Shown: one piece after another, positions 42,846-53,621 of the stretch
How the letters are laid out: the number at the start of each line of letters is the position of its first letter
How positions within the stretch are numbered: position 1 is the first letter of the stretch
Assembly (NCBI GenBank): GCA_018334055.1
Contig: JAGXSS010000109.1
Coordinates: 1,260-65,259 of the forward strand
Origin: Peptococcaceae bacterium
GTDB lineage: Bacteria; Bacillota; UBA994
DNA: 64,000 nt
Direction: 5' to 3'
Translations under genes and position numbers: made by a program
Notes under the pieces: generated by a model
The model's input: the letters and a program-made list of their open reading frames with translations, nothing else
The model's database searches: none
Told to the model about the DNA's origin: nothing

Positions 42846-44657
42846 CTAGGCCAGTGCTAGGGGCGGCAAGGAGCCGGTGACTAGAAGCTCGGTCAGTTCT
42901 TCGCCCCTGAGCGTCTCTCGCTCGAGCAGGGTGTTGGCGATGAGGTCGAGTTTGTCGCGGTTGTTCTTCAGGAGCTCCTCGGCCTGGTGGTAGCTCCTGT
43001 CGACGATGCGCCGCACTTCCCTGTCGATAGAGTGCGCCACCGTCTCGCTAAAGTTACGGTGACGAGAGATATCGCGCCCGAGGAAGACTTGCTCCTCCTT
43101 CTCACCGTAGGTAACAGGCCCTAACTCCTCACTCATGCCATACTCCATAATCATGCGGCGGACGAGGCGAGTGGATTTATCTAGGTCGTCCTGCGCTCCG
43201 GTAGAAATCTCATTAAAGACAAGCTGCTCGGCCACCCGGCCGGAGAGTGCGTAGGTGACATTGTTGAGTATCTCGGTGCGCGTCATGACAAAGCGGTCTT
43301 CCGTAGGCAGAGATATCACATACCCGCCGGCCATGCCGCGGGGGATGATGCTGACGAGGTGCACAGGGTCGGCGTCTTGCGTCAGGTAGCGGCTCAAAGC
43401 ATGCCCCGCCTCATGGTAGGCGAAGACTTTCTTCTCTTTGGCCGAAATAATCCGCGACTTCTTCTTCGGCCCCGCCACCACCCGATTGATAGCTTCCTCT
43501 AGGTCAAGCATGGAAATCGTCTGGCGATCTTGCCGAGCCGCGAGCAAGGCACTTTCGTTGACCAAGTTTTCGAGGTCGGCAGCCGTAAACCCAGGGGTGA
43601 GCCCGGCCACGGTTGTAAGTTTTACCTCGGCTGCCAAGGGCTTGTTACGCACATGCACCCCCAGGATAGCTTCGCGCTCTTTAACATCAGGTCTACCGAC
43701 GGTGATTTGGCGGTCAAAGCGACCCGGACGCAGCAGTGCGGGGTCTAGGATATCAGGGCGGTTAGTGGCCGCCATAATTATCACGCCCTCGTTCCCTTCA
43801 AAACCGTCCATTTCCACCAACAGTTGATTGAGGGTCTGCTCTCTTTCGTCATGTCCGCCACCAAGGCCGGCGCCGCGCTGGCGACCCACCGCATCTATTT
43901 CGTCAATAAAGACAATGGCGGGTGCATTTTTCTTAGCTTGGTCAAACATGTCGCGCACGCGGGAGGCCCCCACGCCCACAAACATTTCTACGAAGTCCGA
44001 GCCGGAAATACTGAAGAAGGGCACGCCGGCTTCGCCTGCCACCGCCCTCGCTAACCAAGTCTTGCCGGTTCCGGGCGGGCCGTAGAGCATGACGCCCTTG
44101 GGGATGCGCGCGCCGATGGCGCTGAATTTCTGGGGGGTCTTTAAGAACTGCACTACCTCATCGAGTTCTTCTTTAACTTCATCGTAGCCCGCGACATCCT
44201 TGAAGGTGATGCGGCGGCGAGCATCTGTCTGCATCTTGGCGCGTGATTTGCCAAAGCTCATGACCTTGTTGCCGCCCGATTGCGATTGTTGCATGAAGAA
44301 GTACCAAATTCCGGCAAACAAGGCAAACATCAGCCCATAAGAAACGAGGGTCGTCCACCAGGGAGGGGTGGGCGGGTCGCGGTAAACATACTGCGTCTTG
44401 GCCCGCAGCAAGGGAATCAGTTCGGCGTCACCCGGGGGAACAGTAATACGATAGGCAGTAGTGTCTTTAAGCTCGCCGGTAATGACATTGCCCACTTGAT
44501 TGGCGGTCCGCACCTGTTCATTAACCACAAGATCAAAAAACTCATTGTAGCTAATTTCACGCGGTGCCTGGGTGCGGGCACCCAAAAACTGAATCAAAGA
44601 AAGGGCAATCATGATGATTAGCAAGTAGAAGCTGGCAGTACGCAAATTTTTATTCAA
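42846..44657 (-). CDS. ftsH: ATP-dependent zinc metalloprotease FtsH
   Basis: [11 protein letters not shown] region, HEAGH; probable TTG start at 44657 after GAGGAGG. Confidence 0.97.
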   Translation of the reverse strand: MNKNLRTASFYLLIIMIALSLIQFLGARTQAPREISYNEFFDLVVNEQVRTANQVGNVITGELKDTTAYRITVPPGDAELIPLLRAKTQYVYRDPPTPPWWTTLVSYGLMFALFAGIWYFFMQQSQSGGNKVMSFGKSRAKMQTDARRRITFKDVAGYDEVKEELDEVVQFLKTPQKFSAIGARIPKGVMLYGPPGTGKTWLARAVAGEAGVPFFSISGSDFVEMFVGVGASRVRDMFDQAKKNAPAIVFIDEIDAVGRQRGAGLGGGHDEREQTLNQLLVEMDGFEGNEGVIIMAATNRPDILDPALLRPGRFDRQITVGRPDVKEREAILGVHVRNKPLAAEVKLTTVAGLTPGFTAADLENLVNESALLAARQDRQTISMLDLEEAINRVVAGPKKKSRIISAKEKKVFAYHEAGHALSRYLTQDADPVHLVSIIPRGMAGGYVISLPTEDRFVMTRTEILNNVTYALSGRVAEQLVFNEISTGAQDDLDKSTRLVRRMIMEYGMSEELGPVTYGEKEEQVFLGRDISRHRNFSETVAHSIDREVRRIVDRSYHQAEELLKNNRDKLDLIANTLLERETLRGEELTELLVTGSLPPLALA

Positions 44658-44739
44658 GATTGTAAAGTCCTCCTCTCCCAGCACACTAGCTATTTTACCA
44701 TAAGCGAATATGCGGAGCAAAATTATGCAGCATGGATTA

Positions 44740-45264
44740 CTACAGTTGTACGCAAATATCTGGCAAGTTGCGGTAGTATTGGTCAAAATCTAGGCCGTAG
44801 CCCACCACAAAAAGATCGTCAATGGTGAACCCGAGATAATCTGGCTGTATGTCCACCCTCCGTCTGCTGGGCTTATCGAGGAGAGTACAGGAGACAAGAC
44901 TCGCCGGCTTGCGCGTGCGGAGGTTTTCGAGCAAGTAGTTTAAGGTGAGGCCGGTGTCGACAATGTCCTCGACGATCAAGACATGCCGCCCTTCCACCGA
45001 CTCCTCTAGGTCCTTCAGGAAGCGCACCACCCCAGAGGTGGACGTTGCCGAGCCATAACTAGAGACGGAAATGAAATCAAGTACGGTCTGGGTAGTGAGA
45101 TGGCGGCACAAATCAGCGGCGAAAAGTGCTGCGCCCCGGAGCACAACGACCAGCAGGAGCTCCTTCCCTGCGTAATCGGCACTGATTTGTCTGCCCATGG
45201 CGGCCACTCTCGCGGCAATTTCCTCACGAGGAATAAGCACTCGCAACGACAATGGTTCTTCCAT
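44740..45264 (-). CDS. hpt: Hypoxanthine phosphoribosyltransferase
   Basis: [23 protein letters not shown]. Confidence 0.97.
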   Translation of the reverse strand: MEEPLSLRVLIPREEIAARVAAMGRQISADYAGKELLLVVVLRGAALFAADLCRHLTTQTVLDFISVSSYGSATSTSGVVRFLKDLEESVEGRHVLIVEDIVDTGLTLNYLLENLRTRKPASLVSCTLLDKPSRRRVDIQPDYLGFTIDDLFVVGYGLDFDQYYRNLPDICVQL

Positions 45265-45265
45265 A

Positions 45266-46654
45266 TCAATTCCCTCCACGTTTATATGTCAATCTTAGGA
45301 TGGGGCCTTCCGGCATGGCACGATACCTATGCGCCACGCGGAGCCCAGGTACCCAAGCCACTTGGCCCATAACCTCAATTATGGGCCAATTCGCGCGCCA
45401 AGGCAATGGTATCCCGGCCTCACTCATGGCCTGCTTGACCTTCTTGTGCCCTAAAGCCCCCAGAGGTATATACGCATCATGTGGCCTGCGGTTTCGCACG
45501 GTGATAATATTACTTGTCCAGGATAAATAAGCTTCATAGCAAGTACGCGCGGCAAAATCTGGAGGCCAAGCATCCACCAAGACCGCCGTCACCGTCCCTC
45601 CGCAAGGCAGATGCTCCTCACCGGGCACCGGCAAGGTCAGGCAGTAGGGCACGCCCTCTTCCGCGTGCGAATGGTAGAAGACAATGTGCTCGCGGGTGCG
45701 CAGGGCACACATCATAGCAGGGAGGACGACCCTTCGCCCGGGCTGCTTACCAATCAAATCCTCTACCGCCGCCAGGTGCACAGCCTCCAAGCTATGGTCT
45801 TCCTCCCCGGCAATCTGACGGTAAGCCGCCATCAAGAGACGCCTGGACAGCGCTTGGTGCAATTTGCGCAAGTGTGTTAGCTTTACGCCCACTCCGAGAC
45901 CGAGGGGCTCTACTGCCTCCGCCAATTCCAGTAGCACCCGGCCTTCGAGGTAGTCCATATCAATCGCCACTTGCCTAGCTAGGCGATCTAGTGCCACCGG
46001 TGCTTCGTGGTTTATTTTGCAGAGCTCGGGCATAACAACATGGCGCAAGAAGTTGCGACTATACTCGGTGCCTAAGTTGCTGGAGTCCGTTCGGTACTGC
46101 TGGCCGCGCGCGGCCAGATACTCCAAAACCTCTTTTTGAGAAACGGCGAGGAAGGGACGAATGATGGATATTCCAAAGAGGCCATGGTCATGAGGGCTCA
46201 TGCCCCTAAGTCCCCTCATTCCCGTTCCGCGGATCAGACGTAGCAACACCGTCTCCGCTTGGTCATCTTGATGATGGGCTAAGGCCAATTTGTGGAGCGC
46301 ATGCTTCTCCATTACCCCCTTAAAGAAACGAAACCTCTCTTCTCTGGCCACCACCTGCGGCGAAGCATTCCTGCCCATAAGCAATGTCGGCACCGAAGTA
46401 TAGCCACACTCACAAGCTATGCCGAGCCTCGCCGAGAGCTCTTTGACAAAGCGACTGTCCTCTGCCGCCTCCTCCCCCCGAAAACCATGATTTAAATGGG
46501 CGACAACAAGCGCAAACGAGTGCCGCTCGGCAAGTTCATGGAGGACCAAAAGCAGGGCCACAGAGTCCGCCCCTCCCGATACACCGACCAAGAGGCGGTC
46601 TCCCTGCCCTGCTAAACGATTACTTTGCACATATTGCTCGACTCGCGCCAACAT
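45266..46654 (-). CDS. tilS: tRNA(Ile)-lysidine synthetase
   Basis: SGGADS, HLNHG, AHHQDDQAET, RNFLR; tilS-hpt-ftsH synteny. Confidence 0.96.
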   Translation of the reverse strand: MLARVEQYVQSNRLAGQGDRLLVGVSGGADSVALLLVLHELAERHSFALVVAHLNHGFRGEEAAEDSRFVKELSARLGIACECGYTSVPTLLMGRNASPQVVAREERFRFFKGVMEKHALHKLALAHHQDDQAETVLLRLIRGTGMRGLRGMSPHDHGLFGISIIRPFLAVSQKEVLEYLAARGQQYRTDSSNLGTEYSRNFLRHVVMPELCKINHEAPVALDRLARQVAIDMDYLEGRVLLELAEAVEPLGLGVGVKLTHLRKLHQALSRRLLMAAYRQIAGEEDHSLEAVHLAAVEDLIGKQPGRRVVLPAMMCALRTREHIVFYHSHAEEGVPYCLTLPVPGEEHLPCGGTVTAVLVDAWPPDFAARTCYEAYLSWTSNIITVRNRRPHDAYIPLGALGHKKVKQAMSEAGIPLPWRANWPIIEVMGQVAWVPGLRVAHRYRAMPEGPILRLTYKRGGN

Positions 46655-46819
46655 TGCGGCATCCCCCGTATCATTGACCTGTTCCCTACATTGTAACATA
46701 TAAAGGCCGGGGCACAACGCCACCGCAGTCACTCAGCTAAAATCTAACTAAAGGACAAACGGCTCCCTCACAAGAAATATTGTTGCTGCTAACTTAGAGA
46801 TAAGACCTTATTGGCTAAT

Positions 46820-47539
46820 TCAAGAATTTTTGCGTGCGAGAGATGTCCTCTTTAACGCAATTAGATAGCCCAAAGCCACAATGGGATGGGTGTACAGCAT
46901 GCGGGGGCCTGCGTAACGCATAACGTCGATCATTTGTTGTCGCCTGCTTAGTTTGTAACAGGGGTTAGGGCACTTGCTACACGCTGGCTTCTCTGGATAG
47001 TGCCTGCAGAGCTCAAGGCGCAAGCGGGCATACTCCAATAACTCTTGGCAAGCGGTGCAAAGAGGCTGGGTGGGTTTGTGCTTGTCTCTGCAATAGAGGC
47101 TAAGCATTAACTCGATGGCCTGCCTGTCGCGCTCTTTTTGTCCCACTGCGGCAGGGTTCTCGTCTTTCTGGGATAGAGTCTTAAGCTTCAAGATGTGTAT
47201 GGTTACGCCACTCGCAATTAACACGAGCAGCAATCTGACATAAAGCAAACTGACGACGAAAAAGACGGAAAGGGAGATGCTGGTCCAAAGCAGCACGAGG
47301 GCTATGGCCTTAGTTTTTAGCGGTACACCGCGCTTCTCTAGGTAGCTTTTGATATAGATGCTAAGTGCGGGATGGTTCATCAGCCAAGCGTAAAACCGGT
47401 CTGAGCTCCGCGCAAAGCACCATGCACTGAGCAAGAGAAACGGCGTTGTTGGCAGCAAGGGCAGGAATATGCCTGCTATGCCGAGTCCAACGGAAAGTAT
47501 GCCAACTGCGACCAGCAAAACTTTTCTCAGGGACATCAT
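46820..47539 (-). CDS. YbaN (DUF454) - YgbA (nitrous-oxide-stimulated promoter family) fusion protein
   Basis: N-half LPLLPTTPFLLL...F.RSS (YbaN); C-half YC..KH...LC..C..L..YA..RL..C....KP.C..C...CY...MRYAGPRML (YgbA). Confidence 0.8.
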   Translation of the reverse strand: MMSLRKVLLVAVGILSVGLGIAGIFLPLLPTTPFLLLSAWCFARSSDRFYAWLMNHPALSIYIKSYLEKRGVPLKTKAIALVLLWTSISLSVFFVVSLLYVRLLLVLIASGVTIHILKLKTLSQKDENPAAVGQKERDRQAIELMLSLYCRDKHKPTQPLCTACQELLEYARLRLELCRHYPEKPACSKCPNPCYKLSRRQQMIDVMRYAGPRMLYTHPIVALGYLIALKRTSLARKNS

Positions 47540-47579
47540 TACTCACCTCTAAGCTACCCGACATGCGGGAACAGTAACG

Positions 47580-48302
47580 CTAGCCGCCGACTGGTGACTT
47601 TTTGGCGGTAAGCACTGCCGTCAGCTTCGCGGCCTGCTCCTGGATGTAGGACTGGTCTCTCTCTCCCCGCGGGCGATCAAAGTCCATACTGGCCATTATT
47701 TTGCCGGGCTTACCTTCCAGGACTATAGCTCGGTCAGCCAATAGCACTGCGTCTTGCGGCTCGTGAGTAACATAAATCATAGCGCAGGGGTGCCACGCTA
47801 GGAGTTCGAGCAGCATCTGTTGTAATGACAGTTTAAGCCCTATGTCTAGTCCGGTAAAAGGCTCATCGAGCAAAGCTAGGTCCGGGTCAAGCACAAAGGC
47901 TCGCGCTATGGCCACCCTTTGCCGCATCCCCCCGCTCAGGTGCGCGGGATAATAGTGCTCAAAGCCTTGCAGCCCCAGCCGCTTGAGGATGGCCCCTGCT
48001 CTGCCTACCTGTTCGTCGCGTGTGAGCCCCCGGCCTTGCAATACCAGTGTGACGTTCCCGAGCGCAGTCCGCCACGGCAACAGCCGCGGTTCTTGGAAAA
48101 TAAAGCCGATACGTTGCCTGTCGGAGCGAACTTGACCAGCGTCGGGTTTTACTGTGCCGGCAGCCATTCTCAAAACCGTCGTCTTGCCGATACCTGATGG
48201 TCCTAAGATAGCTAAGATTTGCTTTTCCTCTACCTTAAGGGATACAGAGTCTAAAATAGTGCGCTTGCCAAACGACTTAGTAACCCCGTTAAACTCTATC
48301 AC
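47580..48302 (-). CDS. ABC transporter ATP-binding protein (SsuB/TauB-like)
   Basis: GPSGIGKT, FQEPRLLPW, LSGGMRQR. Confidence 0.9.
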   Translation of the reverse strand: MIEFNGVTKSFGKRTILDSVSLKVEEKQILAILGPSGIGKTTVLRMAAGTVKPDAGQVRSDRQRIGFIFQEPRLLPWRTALGNVTLVLQGRGLTRDEQVGRAGAILKRLGLQGFEHYYPAHLSGGMRQRVAIARAFVLDPDLALLDEPFTGLDIGLKLSLQQMLLELLAWHPCAMIYVTHEPQDAVLLADRAIVLEGKPGKIMASMDFDRPRGERDQSYIQEQAAKLTAVLTAKKSPVGG

Positions 48303-48306
48303 GCGC

Positions 48307-49083
48307 CTACCTCCTCGCTTGCCATGCCAACACATGGCTTTTGACCAAGTAAAGCATAACTCCCTCAATCAAGAGCACGGTCGCGGCCATCACCAGCATC
48401 CAAGCGAAGATTTCTGCCGTCGCCATATGTACCCGCGCTTGGCTTAAGGCCTGCCCAATCCCTCTGTCTACGCCCACAATAACTTCCGCCATGATCAGGA
48501 GCCGCACGGTTAGCCCTGCTGCAAGCAGGATACTAGGCAACAAAGAATACAACGTTGCCGGTACATATGCGGCTAACAACTGCGTGGCCTTCGGCACGCG
48601 AAAAACCCGCAGCATTTCTAGTAAGCCCCGGTCTACGGATCTGACGGCGGTAACGGCACCGCCATAGAGCAAAGGAAACCCTAAGGCTACCGCTGCCGCC
48701 ACTACCTGACGCTCACCGCCGCCAAACACAAATATTACGAATAGAGCTAATGCCACCGGGGGGACAGCGACCAAAATGCTGACCGCGGGCTTAAACAGAT
48801 CCTCTACCCATGGATAAAAGCCAGCTAGCAGCCCAAACGCTAGGCCCGCCATGATTTGCAGCCCTAGGGCGAGCAGGACTCTCCCGAGCGTCCGAGAGAA
48901 AGCGGCTACGGCAGGGGGCGAGGTAAACAAGCGGACGGCAGACTCTAGCGTCTCAGCAGGCGTGGCTACAAGCAGCGGGCCGTAGACTCGAGCCATCATC
49001 TGCCACGCCAACGTGAAAGCGACTGTGCCTGTTATCATCCAAACAAGCGGCATGGCCTTTTTTGCCTTCAACCAGTTATTCAT
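48307..49083 (-). CDS. ABC transporter permease (SsuC-like)
   Basis: Multi-TM, EAA-type region VDRGLLEM. Confidence 0.85.
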   Translation of the reverse strand: MNNWLKAKKAMPLVWMITGTVAFTLAWQMMARVYGPLLVATPAETLESAVRLFTSPPAVAAFSRTLGRVLLALGLQIMAGLAFGLLAGFYPWVEDLFKPAVSILVAVPPVALALFVIFVFGGGERQVVAAAVALGFPLLYGGAVTAVRSVDRGLLEMLRVFRVPKATQLLAAYVPATLYSLLPSILLAAGLTVRLLIMAEVIVGVDRGIGQALSQARVHMATAEIFAWMLVMAATVLLIEGVMLYLVKSHVLAWQARR

Positions 49084-49861
49084 GCACCACACCTGCATCA
49101 CTGCTCACAGTGCGCCATCTCTGCAAGTACCGCGCCACAGGACTGACAAGCACAAATTCTAAGACCCCTGCTACTACGAGGCAGACTGCCACCCAAGCGA
49201 AAAGTCGCGCTGCGTCTAAGTTGAAACGTGTCATAGCCATGGCGAACCCAATGCCATCGTTGCTGCCCAGAAGTTCGGCCATGACGGTCTTACGGAAAGC
49301 CGTACCTGCGGCGAAGGCAAAGCCCGTTAAAATAGCGGTTGCGAGTGCCGGCAGATATATGCTCCACCACAGGGTCCACCTTGAAAGCCGATAGACAGCT
49401 GCCATCTCTAGTAGATCTGCGTCTATTAACTCCATTCCTTCTACAACGCTGACATACATAATGGGCATTGTAAAGAGGGCAGTGATAAAGATAGCCATGG
49501 AAGAGCCTACGCCGAACCATACCATGGCCAACATAACCACTACAACAGCCGGGGAACTAAGCAAGATTCCGATCAGGGGCTTAAGCAAATAGTAAACCGG
49601 TTTACAGAAACCGGCGGCGGCGCCGGTAAAAAACCCGAGTGCCGCGCCAATGGTCAGCCCCGTCAAAGACCGGTGCAGGGAAATTGCCAATTGCTGCCCC
49701 AGCTCACTGGTCTCTGCGAGAAGTAGTAGGCTCTCGCCGACAGCGCGGAGCCTAGGCAAAGCGCCGGTCATCCTAACTGCCACAAGCTCCCACGCTATCA
49801 GAATGCATGCTACACCGAGTATATAAAAAGGCTTAATCCGGCTGCCAGTAGAAGCGTTCAT
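49076..49861 (-). CDS. ABC transporter permease (SsuC-like)
   Basis: Multi-TM, IDADLLEMA, MAELLG...GIG. Confidence 0.85.
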   Translation of the reverse strand: MNASTGSRIKPFYILGVACILIAWELVAVRMTGALPRLRAVGESLLLLAETSELGQQLAISLHRSLTGLTIGAALGFFTGAAAGFCKPVYYLLKPLIGILLSSPAVVVVMLAMVWFGVGSSMAIFITALFTMPIMYVSVVEGMELIDADLLEMAAVYRLSRWTLWWSIYLPALATAILTGFAFAAGTAFRKTVMAELLGSNDGIGFAMAMTRFNLDAARLFAWVAVCLVVAGVLEFVLVSPVARYLQRWRTVSSDAGVVHE

Positions 49862-51185
49862 CCGGTAATCTCCCGCCAATAATGTCTGGGTTCATCTGCT
49901 GCAAGGTGAGGAAATAATGCTCTAGCTCTGCCCGGACTTCTCGCGCCGGCACAACTCTAAACTCAGAAAACTGCAGAGCACTGGCGGCAGCCGGGGCCTG
50001 CACGCCTTCTATGCCGCGTGCGACCAAAGCGCTCATGTCATTTGGGTTAGCGGTAGTCCACAGCGCGGCTTGTGTGTACGCATCGCTAAACGCTTGAATT
50101 AAGTCGTTACGGTCTACTACGGCAGGCAGTGCCACGATGCCCGCTTGCGGAATGCGCTCCGGAGTTCCCGTCACTTCGCCCCAAATTTTGCGTAACGTGA
50201 TCAGACGCGCTAAACGTCTCCCTTGTTGTTGCGCGCTCATTACGGCTGAAGTGGCGGCAGGCTCCGACAGGACTGCTAATTCAGCCCGACCCGTCGCTAG
50301 CAGCCCAGCCGCCTCCATAGGTGACGGAACATAATCTATCTGCAGGTCGCGAGCAAGGTCTAGCCCTTTGCCTGCCGCTAGGAAACGAAATACTAGATCG
50401 GGAGTATCGCCACGCGATGGGATAACGATGCGTCGACCCCTAAGATCTTCCATCGACCGCACGGGGATGCCTTCGACGCCAACTACGTAGAGGTTACCCC
50501 AGACGGCCACGTTGACTAGCCTCAGGTTAACTCCTCGATTGTAGAGGTTAGCCGCTACATAAGTCGGCAAAGCAGCAAAGTGCATATCACCCGTTATTGC
50601 TTGCGCTCGCAGCATGTCGACAGTGCGCGCGATATGCACCTGAGCTTCCCTCGCGATCGGGCTGGCAGCTTGTTCGTCACGCAGGCGGAAAAATGGGAAC
50701 GTAAGCGGAGCTATTGGGCCGAGCATGTTTAGTCGCTCTAGCCTGCTCATAATGGAAACACGCATGCGGCTCTCATCCCAAGTAACACCATACTGCAGCG
50801 TTTCGCTGATAAAACGCAACGGTACCAGCGTCCGCCCGTTAGCAATAAAGGCTGGTGCGTCCAGCTCGACAGCCCGACCGTTGCGGCGTGCAGTTAGCGC
50901 CCCGATGGTAAGCGATACCGTAGCTTCGCCTATAGTTATGGATACAGTGCGCGCATCTTCATCCCAGCCTACGACTGCTCCCATCGCCTCGACAATCGCA
51001 CGCACCGGCACCATCACCCGTCCTCTGACTATCTGCGGATTAACGTCAAAGGTAATCGGTCGATTGTCTACGCGCACATTAACAGCGCGGCTCGCAGCTA
51101 CATTCACTTGGCCGCCCATTACACCCAGCATCATCACCGCCATAAGTAGAGCGCACGCCTTGACCAACCACTTGTTCTTCATCAT
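49833..51185 (-). CDS. Substrate-binding protein (SsuA/NMT1-like) fused to copper amine oxidase N-terminal (stalk) domain
   Basis: Signal peptide, GRVMVPVRAI / GRTLVPLRFISE repeats, then P.YVAANLYN.G...TPD SBP domain. Confidence 0.8.
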   Translation of the reverse strand: MMKNKWLVKACALLMAVMMLGVMGGQVNVAASRAVNVRVDNRPITFDVNPQIVRGRVMVPVRAIVEAMGAVVGWDEDARTVSITIGEATVSLTIGALTARRNGRAVELDAPAFIANGRTLVPLRFISETLQYGVTWDESRMRVSIMSRLERLNMLGPIAPLTFPFFRLRDEQAASPIAREAQVHIARTVDMLRAQAITGDMHFAALPTYVAANLYNRGVNLRLVNVAVWGNLYVVGVEGIPVRSMEDLRGRRIVIPSRGDTPDLVFRFLAAGKGLDLARDLQIDYVPSPMEAAGLLATGRAELAVLSEPAATSAVMSAQQQGRRLARLITLRKIWGEVTGTPERIPQAGIVALPAVVDRNDLIQAFSDAYTQAALWTTANPNDMSALVARGIEGVQAPAAASALQFSEFRVVPAREVRAELEHYFLTLQQMNPDIIGGRLPDERFYWQPD

Positions 51186-52066
51186 TAAACGTCTCCTTTC
51201 ATTTTTAAAAACCAGTCCCACCCCTTCCAAAACAAACGACAATTGTTTGTCTCGGCTTCAGGCAACATGGGGACTTCCGCAGAAACAGGAATGTACCCGT
51301 TTCTTAAGAAAAACTCTTGCAGGGGGGCAGACCGCAAAAAGTGGCCCACATCTAGTAACGCCTCGTCTGTTCCCACGCGCCAGAGCATGATGTTGGGCAG
51401 ACCAAATGCCCCTTCGCTTGGCCAGACCATCGCTAAGTTTTTGTGCCGAGAAAAGCGGGCGAACGACACTTTGTTGACCCCCACGGGGTATTGCCCCTCG
51501 TCCACGGCATTTTTTACGTCGACCGGGGACCCTCGAAATACGATGTGTTTCAAGAAATCGGCATAGCGATCCGGAAACAAGTCCTGCATCAGAGCCAGGA
51601 GCGCCCTGCTGGCAGGGAGATGCCGCTCGGGAAACAGTATCTGTCCGCGCCACTTCTCGTCTAGCAAATCTTCCCATTTTTGCGGCGCATTGTTTGCGGG
51701 AACGAGTTTTTGGTTATAGATTATAAGCAACGGAATCAAAAAAATCGGGTGAAAATAGCCCTGCGGGTCCTCAAATCCCCTCGCTGATAATTCCTCGCGC
51801 AATGGGAATTGCCCCGCACATGGACGCAACCACTCTCGCCGCTCGTGCTTGGTAAGTGCAGCTAAATCACTGCCGTAGGTGATCACCATATCGTCTATCT
51901 CGTCTATGGCTAAGGGCAACTGTCCGTCTTCGCGCTGATGGCAAGTTAAGGCCTTTACCCGAACTGTCGTGTGGTGTTTTTGGCCTATCTCACCTACAGC
52001 GGTCCTAAGCATATCGGCGAGAGAAAGATTGATGTTTAGTGGACTATGCAGAAACACGCTGGGCAT
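51185..52066 (-). CDS. AfuA/PotD-like substrate-binding-fold protein without signal peptide
   Basis: IIYN......P.KWEDLL, VWPSEGA, FL.S...Q patterns; no N-terminal hydrophobic segment. Confidence 0.7.
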   Translation of the reverse strand: MPSVFLHSPLNINLSLADMLRTAVGEIGQKHHTTVRVKALTCHQREDGQLPLAIDEIDDMVITYGSDLAALTKHERREWLRPCAGQFPLREELSARGFEDPQGYFHPIFLIPLLIIYNQKLVPANNAPQKWEDLLDEKWRGQILFPERHLPASRALLALMQDLFPDRYADFLKHIVFRGSPVDVKNAVDEGQYPVGVNKVSFARFSRHKNLAMVWPSEGAFGLPNIMLWRVGTDEALLDVGHFLRSAPLQEFFLRNGYIPVSAEVPMLPEAETNNCRLFWKGWDWFLKMKGDV

Positions 52067-52850
52067 CCGGCCAGGTCACCTCCTTGATTGCTTCCGGTGT
52101 CAGTTCGCCCCCTAGGCGGATACGCTCCCGCAATTCGCATAACACCGCGTCTATTTTCTGCAAGCGGCCAGCAAGAACCTTTTCACTGGGACTTGCAGTC
52201 AGCAACTTGGCCATCCCCCCATTTTGCATCACTATTCTTTTGTCAGCTAGCAGCGCTAGCAAGGGGTCATGGGTGACAACTAATACTACTTTCCCCCGCC
52301 CCGCCAGCAGGCGCAAGGCACTTAAGCGGTTGATGCCGGCATTCTCAATCTCGTCGACCAACACAATCGGGGCGTTACTTAAAAGCGCGACGTCGGCAAC
52401 CATCAGGGCGCGCGACTGACCTCCACTTAACGCCGTCAGGCTGTCATCCATCATTAAAGGCTCGCCAGTTAGCTGATTAGCACAATCAACCACCGCTTTT
52501 GCGACCTCGAGAGCATTTTCAATGTGACGGCTTTCCGCATGTAAGAGCAAGAAGTCCCGTACTGACATATCGATGACAAAATTCATGTTCTGGGATATCT
52601 CGGCGACCAGTCTGCGTAAGCTAGTTTCTACCGCGAACTCTGCCGGCACCTGGTCGTTGATCTGAATCTGCCGCCGCGAAGGGGTATCCCCATCGGCCCA
52701 GTACTCGATGTCCGAAATCAGCTGACTTTTCCCGGAACCAGTGGGCCCGACTACGGCCACAATCTCGCCAGGGTAGATCTCTACCATGCGCAGGGTTTCC
52801 CTCACGCCGCTCTTAGTGATGCCGCCTAAGACAGCTATTTTCCTAATCAT
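52044..52850 (-). CDS. Stand-alone ABC-type ATPase
   Basis: GPTGSGKS, LSGGQSRAL, VDEIENAG, VTHDP. Confidence 0.85.
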   Translation of the reverse strand: MIRKIAVLGGITKSGVRETLRMVEIYPGEIVAVVGPTGSGKSQLISDIEYWADGDTPSRRQIQINDQVPAEFAVETSLRRLVAEISQNMNFVIDMSVRDFLLLHAESRHIENALEVAKAVVDCANQLTGEPLMMDDSLTALSGGQSRALMVADVALLSNAPIVLVDEIENAGINRLSALRLLAGRGKVVLVVTHDPLLALLADKRIVMQNGGMAKLLTASPSEKVLAGRLQKIDAVLCELRERIRLGGELTPEAIKEVTWPDAQRVSA

Positions 52851-53544
52851 TGCTGACCTCCCTGTAGACAATTTTCTTCACATTCCCCATCTGGTAGCGG
52901 CTGCCGATAACTGTCTCGCCATTACAATAGGAACAAACCGCAGAAGGCATTGGGTAGCGCAGTTCCCGCCCTTCAACCCCTTCTATGGAAGGGCTAGCCA
53001 GCACTACTTTCTTTAAGCGTAGGGCCCCCTGTCCGGTCAAACCGTTAATCTCAAGCACATGAGCAGCAGGGTTAACCATTTCGATTCTCCTGCGGAACAC
53101 TTCGCGCTCGGCTTGAGAAACGATGTCGCCTTTTGTTACCACAACCACATCTGCAGTTGTCAAGACAGGGCCAACTTTCTTGGGCGTATCAATGCCGCTT
53201 AAGTTATCTACCACACAGATGGATAGACACCCCTTAATGCCCGGCGCACAACGGTGACATAGGCCGGCCGTTTCCACCACTAAGATTTCGGCTTGCTGCT
53301 TTTCCCCCCAAGCGAAAATCTCCTCTAGATTGGACACATAGAAATGATCGGGACAGATGTAGTCGCTTAGACCGACCATTACCGGTAGACTTAGGCGCCG
53401 ATACGTGCTGTGATCCGAGGTTTCAAGACAGTCAATTTTGCACACCGCGACGCGAATCTTATCCGTCAAGATGTGCCGCAGGGTGTGCAGCATCACCGAC
53501 GTCTTTCCCGTTGCCGGAGGTCCAGCCACAATTACCAAACGCAT
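52843..53544 (-). CDS. G3E-type (CobW/HypB/UreG-like) GTPase with Cys motifs
   Basis: GPPATGKT, ICPDH, ETAGLCHRC, TKGD, C-terminal CSYC. Confidence 0.85.
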   Translation of the reverse strand: MRLVIVAGPPATGKTSVMLHTLRHILTDKIRVAVCKIDCLETSDHSTYRRLSLPVMVGLSDYICPDHFYVSNLEEIFAWGEKQQAEILVVETAGLCHRCAPGIKGCLSICVVDNLSGIDTPKKVGPVLTTADVVVVTKGDIVSQAEREVFRRRIEMVNPAAHVLEINGLTGQGALRLKKVVLASPSIEGVEGRELRYPMPSAVCSYCNGETVIGSRYQMGNVKKIVYREVSND

Positions 53545-53562
53545 ATTTTAATCTCCTTCGTT

Positions 53563-53581
53563 GACAATGATAATCATGTTC
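53563..53581. promoter_or_regulatory. Fur-family box
   Basis: GACAATGATAATCATGTTC, 16/19 match to GATAATGATAATCATTATC, between -10 and RBS of the GTPase gene. Confidence 0.7.
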
Positions 53582-53621
53582 ATCTATGATTCAATTATAC
53601 AGTTAATCTCCCGATAAAAAA

